NCBI GenBank assembly: GCA_036002485.1
Contig: DASYTI010000107.1
Span: 37,783 to 101,782 of the forward strand
Length of the DNA: 64,000 bases
Direction of reading: 5' to 3'
DNA from: Candidatus Methylomirabilota bacterium
Lineage (GTDB): Bacteria > Methylomirabilota > Methylomirabilia > Rokubacteriales > CSP1-6
The notes beneath the pieces are model-generated. The model worked only from the letters and a program-made list of their open reading frames with translations, was not told the origin of the DNA and made no database searches. Shown here in pieces: positions 35,632 through 43,991 of this stretch (position 1 is the stretch's first letter; the number at the start of each line of letters is the position of its first letter). The position numbers and the translations under genes are program-made.

Positions 35632-36482
35632 GAGTCGTGCACGGTCGCGAGCACGGAGGGCAGGGCCGCCAGCACCTCGCGGAGGCACTGGCGGACACGG
35701 GTGATGTTCGCCTCGGCCTTCTCGGGAATTCCCCCCCGCGACACCTGGGCGATGAACTCGTCGCGGGTGGTCGTCATCAAGAGCGACGCGTTGATTTCCA
35801 GCTGAAGCGCGTGGACACGTCGGGTCTGGGGCTGCCCGAAGGTGGCCACGATGTTGCCGCCTGTATAGCCGCTGACGTTGTCGTGCACCTCGAAGCCGTG
35901 GCGCGTGAAGATCTCGGCCACAGTCGCCGCGAGCTGCGGAGCGCACGTCGCGTCGTGGCGCGTGCCGATGATCACCTGATGGTCCTTCATCCGGCGCGGG
36001 CTCCCCGTGTGGCCATCGAGGAGCATGGCGTATCCGTAGGCGTGCCGGAGCTGGGTGAGCAGATGCTCCAGGGCGGCGTAGTAGGGATCGTAGAGGGCCT
36101 GCAGGCGCGCTTCGACGTCGGCGAGCCCGAGGGGGCGCGTGAAGATGGGCACGTCCCGCATGGTGTGGGTGCGCACCACCCCTCGCCGCGAGCGCACCTC
36201 GCCGTCGTGGTGCTCGAAGTCGTCGCGGCGGCGATTGACGTCGACGAACATGCGCGAGAACGGCGTGGCGAGCACGGTGGCTCCGTGCTCGTGCAGCTCG
36301 CCGTAGAGATCGCCCACGAAGGTGTCGGCGAATCCGTAGGCGAAGGTCTCGAACCAGGGCTCGCTGTAGTCGTCGCGGGTGATGTGGGGCAACGGCTCCG
36401 TTCCGTAGTGGGGCACGCTCACCAGCACCGGGTTGCCCTTCCCCGGCGAGGGATGCCTGACGATGGGGAACGATGGCTCCAT
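35628..36482 (-). CDS. N-formylglutamate amidohydrolase family protein
   Basis: 284 aa with an FGase pattern (VLVSVPHYGTE..., FSRMFVDVNRRRDD, MLLDGHTGSP). Confidence 0.8.
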   Translation of the reverse strand: MEPSFPIVRHPSPGKGNPVLVSVPHYGTEPLPHITRDDYSEPWFETFAYGFADTFVGDLYGELHEHGATVLATPFSRMFVDVNRRRDDFEHHDGEVRSRRGVVRTHTMRDVPIFTRPLGLADVEARLQALYDPYYAALEHLLTQLRHAYGYAMLLDGHTGSPRRMKDHQVIIGTRHDATCAPQLAATVAEIFTRHGFEVHDNVSGYTGGNIVATFGQPQTRRVHALQLEINASLLMTTTRDEFIAQVSRGGIPEKAEANITRVRQCLREVLAALPSVLATVHDS

Positions 36483-36525
36483 GGCTAGCTTGTCCCTCGC
36501 CGTTCACCCTCGCGCAATGTGCAGA

Positions 36526-37494
36526 TCACTGGATCACCTCATCCGCCCGCAGCAGTACCGACGGTGGAATCGTCAGCCCCAGTGCCTTCGCGGTCTTGAG
36601 ATTGATAACCAGCTCGAACTTGGTGGGTTGCTCGACGGGCAGGTCGGCGGGCTTGGCACCCTTGAGAATCTTGTCGACGTAGGTCGCGGCGCGCCGGTAG
36701 TTGTCCACCGACCTCGGCGCGTAGGCCATGAGCCCGCCGGCCCTCGCATGGTCGCCACTGCCGAACATCGATGGCAGGCGGTTCCTGAGGGCGAGATCGG
36801 CGATTCGTGTCCGGTTGACGTAGAACATGCCGTCGCTGAGCGCGAGCAAAGCGCTCAGGCGCTCTCCGGCCATGGTGGAGAAGGCACCCTCCAGCTCCTT
36901 CGGTGCCCCCGCCTCCACGATCCTGAGCTGCACTCCCAGCGACCCGGCGGCTCGCTTCGCGTTCCTCACCAGTTCCGGGTGCAGAGGATTCCTGGGATTC
37001 GAGAGAACGGCTACCCGGACGGCCTTGGGGACAGCTTCCTTCAAGAGCTCCAGGTTCTTGCCGACCAGCTCGGGAGTGAGGCGGGACAGCCCCGTGACGT
37101 TGCCCCCCGGCCGGCCAAGGCTGGTGATGAGGCCGCTCCCGACCGGATCGTCGACGTTCACCATGACGATGGGGATCGTCGTCGTCGCGTTCTTGGCCGC
37201 CAGGGCTGCCACCGTGAGCGACACGACGAGAACATCTGGCTTGAGTCGGACTAGCCGCTCATCTATATCCCCTGCCAAAGCTGTATAGCGGTACTCGATG
37301 GCGATGTTCTTTCGTTCTATGTAGCCCAGCTCGAGCAGCCCTTCCCGGAACGCCTGGAGGAGACCGCCAGTCGACGGAGTAGGCCCGAGATAACCGATCC
37401 GCCCGATCTTCTCTGGCTGCGCGTCGGCGGTGAGCGGCGCAGTGAGGAGGCCGAGAGCGAGCGCAGCTGCGAACGCAGGGCGTATGATCGTCAT
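36526..37494 (-). CDS. ABC transporter substrate-binding protein (ABC_sub_bind / Pfam PF04392-like), orphan
   Basis: 322 aa. Signal peptide MTIIRPAFAAALALGLLTAPLTADA. Characteristic C-terminus GAKPADLPVEQPTKFELVINLKTAKALGLTIPPSVLLRADEVIQ. No adjacent permease or ATPase gene. Confidence 0.85.
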   Translation of the reverse strand: MTIIRPAFAAALALGLLTAPLTADAQPEKIGRIGYLGPTPSTGGLLQAFREGLLELGYIERKNIAIEYRYTALAGDIDERLVRLKPDVLVVSLTVAALAAKNATTTIPIVMVNVDDPVGSGLITSLGRPGGNVTGLSRLTPELVGKNLELLKEAVPKAVRVAVLSNPRNPLHPELVRNAKRAAGSLGVQLRIVEAGAPKELEGAFSTMAGERLSALLALSDGMFYVNRTRIADLALRNRLPSMFGSGDHARAGGLMAYAPRSVDNYRRAATYVDKILKGAKPADLPVEQPTKFELVINLKTAKALGLTIPPSVLLRADEVIQ

Positions 37495-37719
37495 GCCGCC
37501 ACCGCCGTGTGCTGGCTGAGCACAGCGGCGATTTTCCGCCAGCCGTCGATCCTGCGCAACTTGCGAGCGGGGAGTCGGGCCGGGGCTTGTAGGGCGCTCA
37601 CGGCCTGGACTATAGTCTCCCCGGGCCCGGCTGACGTGCGCCTCTGGCCCAGTTCTTCACAAACCGACCGCATCCGCATCGGGCTCCTGGCCATGGGGCA
37701 CCCTGAAAGGGAGATCACC

Positions 37720-39138
37720 ATGAGACGTTGGGACAGCGATCCGGCTCTCCGGCAGCTGGTGGCCGAGCATCGAGAGGGAATCCTGGGGCGGCGCGAGTTT
37801 CTGGCGCGGCTTGCCGCCACCACGGCGGGGGCCGCCGCGGCCTCCCTCGTGGGCAGCGCCCGGCCGGCCAGCGCGCAGAAGAAAATCACCGTGACGATGT
37901 GGGACACCGAGCCCAACCCCGCCACGCGCGCGGCCGTGAAGTCGATCGTCGAGGACTTTCACAAGCTCCACAAGGACATCGAGATCCAGGCCGAGGGCAT
38001 GGGCTGGGCCGACATGGATCGCAAGCTCCAGGCGTCCATGGCGGCCAAGAGCCCGCCCACCGCCTCGCACACCCAGACCTACGTGGTGACTTCGTTCCGG
38101 GCCAAGGGACTGATCGAGCCGGTCGATGACCTCGTCAAGGCCATCGGGGAGGATCGCATCTTCCCGTCGGTGCTCAGGTGGCTCAAGTATCCCGACGGCA
38201 AGTACTGGGGCTTCACCCACGCCTGGGGCGCCGACAACCTCGGCGGCCGTGGCGACTACCTGGCGGGCACGGGCGTCGACCCCAGGAGCTGGAAGACGTG
38301 GAACGACTGGCTGCGCGACCTCCCCAAGCTCAACAAGGCGCCCCAGTACTACGGAGTCTCCCTCGCGGGCATCCCGTTCTTCGTCAACGAGGACGTCTAC
38401 ATGTGGGCGGGCTCCAACGGCGGGAGCCTCTTCGACGACAAGGGCAACCCCGCCCTGGAGAGCGCGCAGGTCCTGGGCATGCTGGAGTTCTGGAAGAAGC
38501 TCAAGCCGTACCTGCCGCCGGGCTGGGCGTCGCACGACTACCTGGAGACGCTCTCCGCCTGGGCCACGGGAAAGACGGCGCAGGTCTACATGTGGGGCCG
38601 CACCGCCGGCTACATCGACCAGTACGCCCCGCCCGACAAGCGCAACCCCGAGATCTTCCAGATGTGGCCGAAGACCATCGGCCCCATGGGCAAGGCGCCC
38701 CTCACCCAGTTCGACAACGAGCCGTGGGTCTTCTACGCGGATGCCCCGAAGGAGGAAAAAGCCGCGGCCAAGGAGTTCCTCAAGTTCTTCTTCAAGAAGG
38801 AGAACTACCGGCGCTACTGCGACTCCGTCCCCGTCCATCTCCTCTCGATCTTCAAGGAGGACTTCCAGGACCCCGCCTACATGGGGCATCCCGAGCGCAA
38901 GCGCTGGAAGCCCTGGCTGGACGCCCAGCTCAAGTGGGTGGAGATCGGTCGCGCGCACCCGCTCCTCGTGTGCAATCCCCAGGACATGCTGGTGCCGTGG
39001 ATCGGCGACGTGGCGGCCGCTCCCATCCTGGCCGACATGGTCATGGCCGTGGTGGAGCGAGGCCGGGATCCGAAGGTGGCGGCCAAGGAAGCCAGCGACA
39101 AGATCTCTCGCGACATCATCGGGAAGGCCAAGAGCTAG
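37720..39138 (+). CDS. Sugar ABC transporter substrate-binding protein (family 1), Tat signal
   Basis: ORF trimmed to the ATG at 37720, with AAAGGGAG upstream. The Tat motif GRREFLARLAATTAGAAAA is preceded by about 22 polar residues. Followed by two CUT1-type permeases. Confidence 0.85.
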   Translation: MRRWDSDPALRQLVAEHREGILGRREFLARLAATTAGAAAASLVGSARPASAQKKITVTMWDTEPNPATRAAVKSIVEDFHKLHKDIEIQAEGMGWADMDRKLQASMAAKSPPTASHTQTYVVTSFRAKGLIEPVDDLVKAIGEDRIFPSVLRWLKYPDGKYWGFTHAWGADNLGGRGDYLAGTGVDPRSWKTWNDWLRDLPKLNKAPQYYGVSLAGIPFFVNEDVYMWAGSNGGSLFDDKGNPALESAQVLGMLEFWKKLKPYLPPGWASHDYLETLSAWATGKTAQVYMWGRTAGYIDQYAPPDKRNPEIFQMWPKTIGPMGKAPLTQFDNEPWVFYADAPKEEKAAAKEFLKFFFKKENYRRYCDSVPVHLLSIFKEDFQDPAYMGHPERKRWKPWLDAQLKWVEIGRAHPLLVCNPQDMLVPWIGDVAAAPILADMVMAVVERGRDPKVAAKEASDKISRDIIGKAKS

Positions 39139-39209
39139 GAGCACGCGCGGAGCAGGAGCGTCGGTGGGCCGTCTCCGCGACGGTCGCCGATGCTCCATCC
39201 GTGATCGTC

Positions 39210-40142
39210 ATGTCTGTCCGCGCCGGCACGCTCGTAGCCGTCCCGGGTCGCGTCTCGCGCCGCCGGCGAGAGGCTCTGACCGGGATCGGGCTGCTCCTGC
39301 CGTCCGTCGCCCTCGTCCTCGCCTTCACCATCTTCCCCGTCGGCTACAACGTCTGGCTCGGCTTCTACGCCAAGCACTCGCTGCGCGCCACCAGCGCCTG
39401 GGTCGGCCTCGGCAACTACACGCACATTCTTGCCGACCCCGACTTCTGGCGCAGCGTCTGGCTGGCCACCGTCTACGCGGTGGCGAGCACGGCCCTGCAG
39501 ATCGTGGTCGGGGTGGCGGGGGCGCTCATCCTGCACCGGCGCTTCGCCGGCTGCGACTTCCTGCGCGGGGTCGCCCTCTTCCCCTACATGATCCCCACGG
39601 TGATCGCGGTCTTCGTGTGGCGCTGGCTCATGAACGATCTCTACGGGGTGATCCCCTATGTCCTGAGCGCCCTGCGCATCCCCGGCATGCCGGAGGCGTG
39701 GCTGACCCACTCCACCATCATGTGGGTGCTCATCGTGCTCTCGGTGTGGACGTTCTTCCCCTTCGTCCTCGTCAACGTGCTCGCCCGCCTGCAGACCATC
39801 CCCCTCGAGCTCTACGACGCGGCGCGGGTGGACGGCGCTTCCGCGCTGCGGCAGTTCGTCCACGTCACTCTCCCCCAGCTCCGCAACGTGCTGCTCATCG
39901 TGCTGCTCCTGCGCGGGATCTGGATGTTCACCAAGTTCGACGTGCCGTGGCTCTTGGGCTTTGGCGGAGGCGCGGGGGAGGCCATCCGGACGCTGCCTGT
40001 CTTCACCTATCAGCGCTCCTTCACCTACTACCAGGCGGGGATGGGCGCGGCCCTGTCGAACGTGATGCTCGCGCTGCTCCTCATGGCGGTGACCATCTAC
40101 TTCGTGGCCTTCCCGCCCGAGGCGGACGAGACGGATGGCTGA
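39210..40142 (+). CDS. Sugar ABC transporter permease (MalF/UgpA-type)
   Basis: The 3' part of track ORF 38178..40142, from the ATG at 39210. 310 aa. EAA-loop IPLELYDAARVDGASALRQFVHVTLPQLR. Confidence 0.85.
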   Translation: MSVRAGTLVAVPGRVSRRRREALTGIGLLLPSVALVLAFTIFPVGYNVWLGFYAKHSLRATSAWVGLGNYTHILADPDFWRSVWLATVYAVASTALQIVVGVAGALILHRRFAGCDFLRGVALFPYMIPTVIAVFVWRWLMNDLYGVIPYVLSALRIPGMPEAWLTHSTIMWVLIVLSVWTFFPFVLVNVLARLQTIPLELYDAARVDGASALRQFVHVTLPQLRNVLLIVLLLRGIWMFTKFDVPWLLGFGGGAGEAIRTLPVFTYQRSFTYYQAGMGAALSNVMLALLLMAVTIYFVAFPPEADETDG

Positions 40143-40995
40143 GCGGAGCTCGCGCGGTCGTCGCAGATCCCGCCGGCCCGTGTCGTCCGCCGCGGAGTGG
40201 ACGCTCCGCATCGGTCTATTCGTCTTCTGCGCCTTTCCCCTCTACTGGATGCTCGTCTCCTCGCTGAAGGTCAGCCACGAGCTGCTCGCCTCCCCGCCCA
40301 CCTTCTGGCCGCACGAGTGGGACCTGCGCGCCTACCGGAAGCTCTTTTACGAGACGAACTTCTGGAAATACTTCCAGAACACCATCGTCGTCTCCGCCAT
40401 CACCACCGTCATCGTGGTCACGGCCGGGGTCATCGGCGCCTACAGCCTGACCCGCTACGCGTTCCCCGGCCGGACCCTCGTGGCCCGCGTGACCCTGCTC
40501 GCCTACATGTTCCCGCCCATCATCATGCTGGTGCCCCTCTTCCTCCTCGCCCGCGAGTTCGGCCTCGTCAACTCGCTCCTCGGCCTCGCCCTCACCTACA
40601 TCTCCTTCGCCCTCCCCTACGCGCTGTGGATCCTCCGCGCCTTCTTCCAGTCCATCCCCGTGGAGCTGGAGCACGCCGCCCTCATCGACGGGGCCAATCG
40701 CGCGCAGGCCCTCTGCTACGTGGTGGCGCCCCTCGCCCTCCCCGGCATCATCGCCACGGCCATCTTCACCTTCATCGTGGCCTGGAACGACTTCCTGTTC
40801 GCCCTCGTGCTCATCGGCAAGGACGAGCTCAAGACCCTCGCCATCGGCATCAACGACTTCTTCCACATGGCGGTGGTGGACTGGGGGCTGATCATGGCCG
40901 CCGGGGTCATGGTCACCATCCCCGCCCTCGTGTTCTTCGTGGCCATCCAGCGCTATCTCATCGCGGGCTGGGGCGCGGGCGGCGTCAAGGGATAA
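40135..40995 (+). CDS. Sugar ABC transporter permease (MalG/UgpE-type)
   Basis: 286 aa. EAA-loop IPVELEHAALIDGANRAQALCYVVAPLALPG. Overlaps the upstream permease by 8 nt. Confidence 0.9.
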   Translation: MAERSSRGRRRSRRPVSSAAEWTLRIGLFVFCAFPLYWMLVSSLKVSHELLASPPTFWPHEWDLRAYRKLFYETNFWKYFQNTIVVSAITTVIVVTAGVIGAYSLTRYAFPGRTLVARVTLLAYMFPPIIMLVPLFLLAREFGLVNSLLGLALTYISFALPYALWILRAFFQSIPVELEHAALIDGANRAQALCYVVAPLALPGIIATAIFTFIVAWNDFLFALVLIGKDELKTLAIGINDFFHMAVVDWGLIMAAGVMVTIPALVFFVAIQRYLIAGWGAGGVKG

Positions 40996-42232
40996 TGGTC
41001 GGCCCCGCGTCCATCTGGCGGTGAGCGCGAGAGAACACGGAGAAGGCCAGCAGCCCCAGGGCGCCGAGCACGATCGCGAGCACGCCGAGCGCGATTTCCA
41101 TGCCTGCGCGATCGACGAGCGCGCCGATGGGCGGTCCCACGATCACGAAGGACAGCCGGAAGAGCAGCGCGGCGATCGACAGGACGCTCGCCCGGTCTTC
41201 CGCGGGAGCGTCCTGCTGCATCACGTTGGCCAGGATGGGCCCCTGCAGGCCACGGATGGTCATGAAGCAGAGATAGAAGACGATGCCCCACGCGACGTGG
41301 CTCAGGGCGAGCCCGACGTACCCGACGAGAACGAGAAGGCAGCAGCCGAAGAGGCTCGCGCGCACGCCGAGCGCCCCGGCCACCCGCCCGCTCGCCAGCG
41401 ATACCGCGGCGAGCCAGATGTGCGCGCCCGCCCACAGCGGGCCGAACCACGCGGGCGGGATGCCCCGCGCCTGCATGTAGGGCTGGATCAGCCAGATCAC
41501 CACGAAGGTCGAGAGGCCCAGAGCGACGCTGAGGGCCATGGCCGCGCGCAGCCGACGGTGGTGCCAGAGCGTGAAGCCGAGGATGTGAAAGGCCCGCCGC
41601 GCGTGAGAGCGCGGGTCGGTGGACGGGCGGCGTGGCGTCTCGCGCAGCATGACCGCGGTGACGAAGGCCAGGGCGGCGCTCGGCACCTGGAGCCAGAACG
41701 GCCACCGTGGGCCCATCGAGTACAGCCACCCGCCGGCCGCCGCGCTCATCGCCTCCGCCGTCTGCGACACGGCGCGGGCCGCGCCGTCCCAGCGCGTGTA
41801 CTGGTCGCGGCGGCCGGCCGTCTCCAGCGACACCCACAGGAGGGCGCGGTCCGCCCCGGACATGAAGGCGCTGGCCGCGCCGAGGACGGTCTCGGCGACG
41901 GCGATGGCCCAGAAGGTCGCGCCGCGCGTGTAGACGAGCCACCCCGCCAACAGCAGCGCCGCGCCCACGAGGAGCGAGGCGCGGTACCCGACCCGATCGG
42001 CGAAGTATCCCGAGGGGAACTGGAAGAGCACCACCGACATCCCGAAGGCGGCCTGGAGGATCATGATGTCGGTGAGCGACATCCCGATCTGATCCTTCCA
42101 GAAGAGGGTAATGATGGGGATCGGGAAGAGAATGAACTCGACGGCCGCGAAGGCCATGAGAAGGCGCGCGTTCGTCATGGCGCGGACTCCGACTCGCTCG
42201 GATGCTCTCGTTCTCTTCCTCGTGCGCGTCAC
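40985..42232 (-). CDS. MFS transporter
   Basis: 415 aa, about 12 TM segments. GYFADRVGYR-type loop between TM2 and TM3. An alternative start lies at 42178 (MTNARLL). Confidence 0.8.
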   Translation of the reverse strand: MTRTRKRTRASERVGVRAMTNARLLMAFAAVEFILFPIPIITLFWKDQIGMSLTDIMILQAAFGMSVVLFQFPSGYFADRVGYRASLLVGAALLLAGWLVYTRGATFWAIAVAETVLGAASAFMSGADRALLWVSLETAGRRDQYTRWDGAARAVSQTAEAMSAAAGGWLYSMGPRWPFWLQVPSAALAFVTAVMLRETPRRPSTDPRSHARRAFHILGFTLWHHRRLRAAMALSVALGLSTFVVIWLIQPYMQARGIPPAWFGPLWAGAHIWLAAVSLASGRVAGALGVRASLFGCCLLVLVGYVGLALSHVAWGIVFYLCFMTIRGLQGPILANVMQQDAPAEDRASVLSIAALLFRLSFVIVGPPIGALVDRAGMEIALGVLAIVLGALGLLAFSVFSRAHRQMDAGPTIIP

Positions 42233-42344
42233 CGTCTGCTGGTAAGTATCATGAGCGCGCCGCCTTTTGCTAGGCTACCCGCGGATCGCTTTGGTAGACT
42301 CGATCGCGATCCGTTTGCCATACACGTCTTGGGGAAAGAAGGCG

Positions 42345-43157
42345 ATGATTCAAAGGCTCTCGAGAAATCTCGGCGTGTACGAAGGCGAGGCGCCCCCGGA
42401 GACCCGGCAACTGGAAGTCGACGGGTACGCGGTCATCCGAAACGTGTTCGCGGCCGACGACGTGCAGGCGCTACGCGATGAGATCGACTCCGTCTTCGCG
42501 TCGCACCCTCCGGAGCGTGGCCGCTCCGACGAGTTCCGCTATGAGATGTTCAACCGCAGCGCGTTGTCCCAGGCCGCCCTCGCGCACCCGCGCATCCTTG
42601 CTGTGATCGAGCCGCTGCTCGGCACTGATTGCCACGTGATCGCCAACACCGCGTGGCGCAATCGGCCGGAGTTTGCCGGCGGCCCGTGGCACTGCGACGC
42701 CGGCCCGCACATCCCCCGGCCCGAAGGCGTGGCGTGGGACGAGCGCATCCCCTATCCCGTGTTCGCCATCGGTGCGCATCTGCTGCTCCTCGACTGCGAC
42801 GAGGCCGACGGACCTACCGCGATCGTGCCGGGGAGCCATCGATCGGGTCGACTCGCCCCCGCCGGCCGGAAGAACGACCCGACACTGACCTACGATGGCC
42901 GTCCTCCCGTGCTTCTCGTGGGGCGGGCCGGCGATGTCGCCCTGTTCGTCTCCGACGCGTGGCACCGCGGCACTCCCGCTGCGGGGGGCCGCGGCCGGTA
43001 CTTCCTGCAGGTGCACTATGGACGGCGCGATCTTGCCCAGCGTGTGCGGACGACCGACCAGGTGAACCACGTGGCCCCGGAGGCGCTCGCCCGGGCCCGC
43101 GACGAGCGGCAGCGCTCGATTCTCGGCCTGCACGACCCGTCTTTCTACGACGGCTGA
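42345..43157 (+). CDS. Phytanoyl-CoA dioxygenase (PhyH) family Fe(II)/2OG oxygenase
   Basis: ORF trimmed to the ATG at 42345. Contains GYAVIRNVF, WHCDAG (HxD), IVPGSHR and WHRGTP. Confidence 0.75.
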   Translation: MIQRLSRNLGVYEGEAPPETRQLEVDGYAVIRNVFAADDVQALRDEIDSVFASHPPERGRSDEFRYEMFNRSALSQAALAHPRILAVIEPLLGTDCHVIANTAWRNRPEFAGGPWHCDAGPHIPRPEGVAWDERIPYPVFAIGAHLLLLDCDEADGPTAIVPGSHRSGRLAPAGRKNDPTLTYDGRPPVLLVGRAGDVALFVSDAWHRGTPAAGGRGRYFLQVHYGRRDLAQRVRTTDQVNHVAPEALARARDERQRSILGLHDPSFYDG

Positions 43158-43165
43158 CTACCCGC

Positions 43166-43591
43166 CTACTCGCTGGCGCCCTCGGTCTTTTGCCGCTCGA
43201 GGACACGCGCCGTGGCTCGCCCCTTGTCGGGGTGGGGGTCCTTGACGATCCCATAGGCGGCACGTCCTTCGTGGTCCTCGGGCAGGTGCTCGGTAATCGG
43301 CCGGCCGTCCGGCGCCACGAAGAGCAGGCAGTGGCAGTACTTCCACTTCTGCATCTCGTCGCAGGCGCAGATCCAGCGGCGCAGCTTGGCTTCCGCTTGG
43401 GGGTCGGGGTAGAAGTTGCACGGGCAGAGGGGCCGCCCGACCTGCTCGATGTGGCGCGCGAGGCCCTCCACCACGGTCTCGGTGACTTCGACATCGGGGT
43501 GCAGGGAGGTGCCCGACTTCTCCGCATACTTGCGCGCGTAGTTCCACATCTTGTCGATGTTGGCTTGCGACGGCTTGACCGGCTCGCTCAT
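43166..43591 (-). CDS. Ferredoxin:thioredoxin reductase catalytic-subunit homolog (FTRc-like)
   Basis: 141 aa. Cysteine pattern CPC-x16-CAC-x8-CHC (LCPCNFYPDPQAEAKLRRWICACDEMQKWKYCHCLLF), matching the FTR catalytic chain 4Fe-4S/disulfide motif. The start overlaps the stop of the upstream Grx-like gene (ATGA). Confidence 0.85.
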   Translation of the reverse strand: MSEPVKPSQANIDKMWNYARKYAEKSGTSLHPDVEVTETVVEGLARHIEQVGRPLCPCNFYPDPQAEAKLRRWICACDEMQKWKYCHCLLFVAPDGRPITEHLPEDHEGRAAYGIVKDPHPDKGRATARVLERQKTEGASE

Positions 43592-43827
43592 CCCTGGGCC
43601 TGCGCCAATGCTTCGTCGATCTTGGCCGGGTTGAAGCCGGCCAGCCGCGTCTCGCCGATGATGATGACGGGGAGCGAGGTCATGCCGATCGCCATCAGCT
43701 CCTCGCGGGCCTGGGGGTCCCGGCCCACGTTCTTCTCCACGAATGCCACCCCCTTCTGCGACAGATACTCTGTCGCGCGATGACAGGGGCCTCAGCCGAT
43801 GTTCGTGTAGACGGTCACGCTCGCCAT
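43588..43827 (-). CDS. Glutaredoxin/NrdH-like redox protein with in-frame UGA (candidate selenocysteine) in a U-G-P-C motif
   Basis: Not in the ORF track because it is split by a TGA at 43792-43794. My manual translation is MASVTVYTNIG[U]GPCHRATEYLSQKGVAFVEKNVGRDPQAREELMAIGMTSLPVIIIGETRLAGFNPAKIDEALAQAQG (79 aa). A GGAGG lies about 10 nt upstream of the ATG at 43827. The TGA occupies the first Cys position of CxxC. A hairpin follows downstream. Confidence 0.6.
43750..43790 (-). promoter_or_regulatory. Candidate bacterial SECIS stem-loop
   Basis: RNA read on the minus strand: UGA GGCCCCU GUCAUCGC GCGACAG-AGUAU-CUGUCGC AGA AGGGG. There is a 7-bp upper stem (43758-43776) with a 5-nt loop containing GU, and a 5-bp lower stem CCCCU/AGGGG. 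The apical loop starts 23 nt after the UGA. Confidence 0.4.
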
Positions 43828-43991
43828 GTGGTCCTCACCCTCCTGGAACGGTCTTTGCCTCTTGAGATGCCGGGGCCGCCCCTGCCGATTCGCGGAGATG
43901 CGGCCCATCCCACCAGGCCACGCCGAATCTGCACTGGCGCGGGCGGCTGGTCAAGCCCAGGGCCAGCCCGCGGCCCGCGCGCCCGCCCCGC

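Noticed and set aside
38126-40267. 713-aa and 654-aa plus-strand ORFs spanning the SBP and permease genes
   Set aside because: These are alternative frames of the SBP gene. Only the last 310 codons of 38178..40142 (from the ATG at 39210) show permease features. The upstream part is Arg/Pro/Gly-rich nonsense.
43792-43794. The in-frame TGA in the Grx-like gene interpreted as a plain nonsense mutation (pseudogene) or a sequencing error
   Set aside because: I judged this less likely than Sec recoding, for five reasons. The TGA sits at the exact CxxC Cys column. The downstream frame is intact. An SD sequence is present. There is ATGA coupling to the next gene. A hairpin follows the TGA. It cannot be excluded without finding Sec machinery or checking read data, so it is reported as a candidate only.
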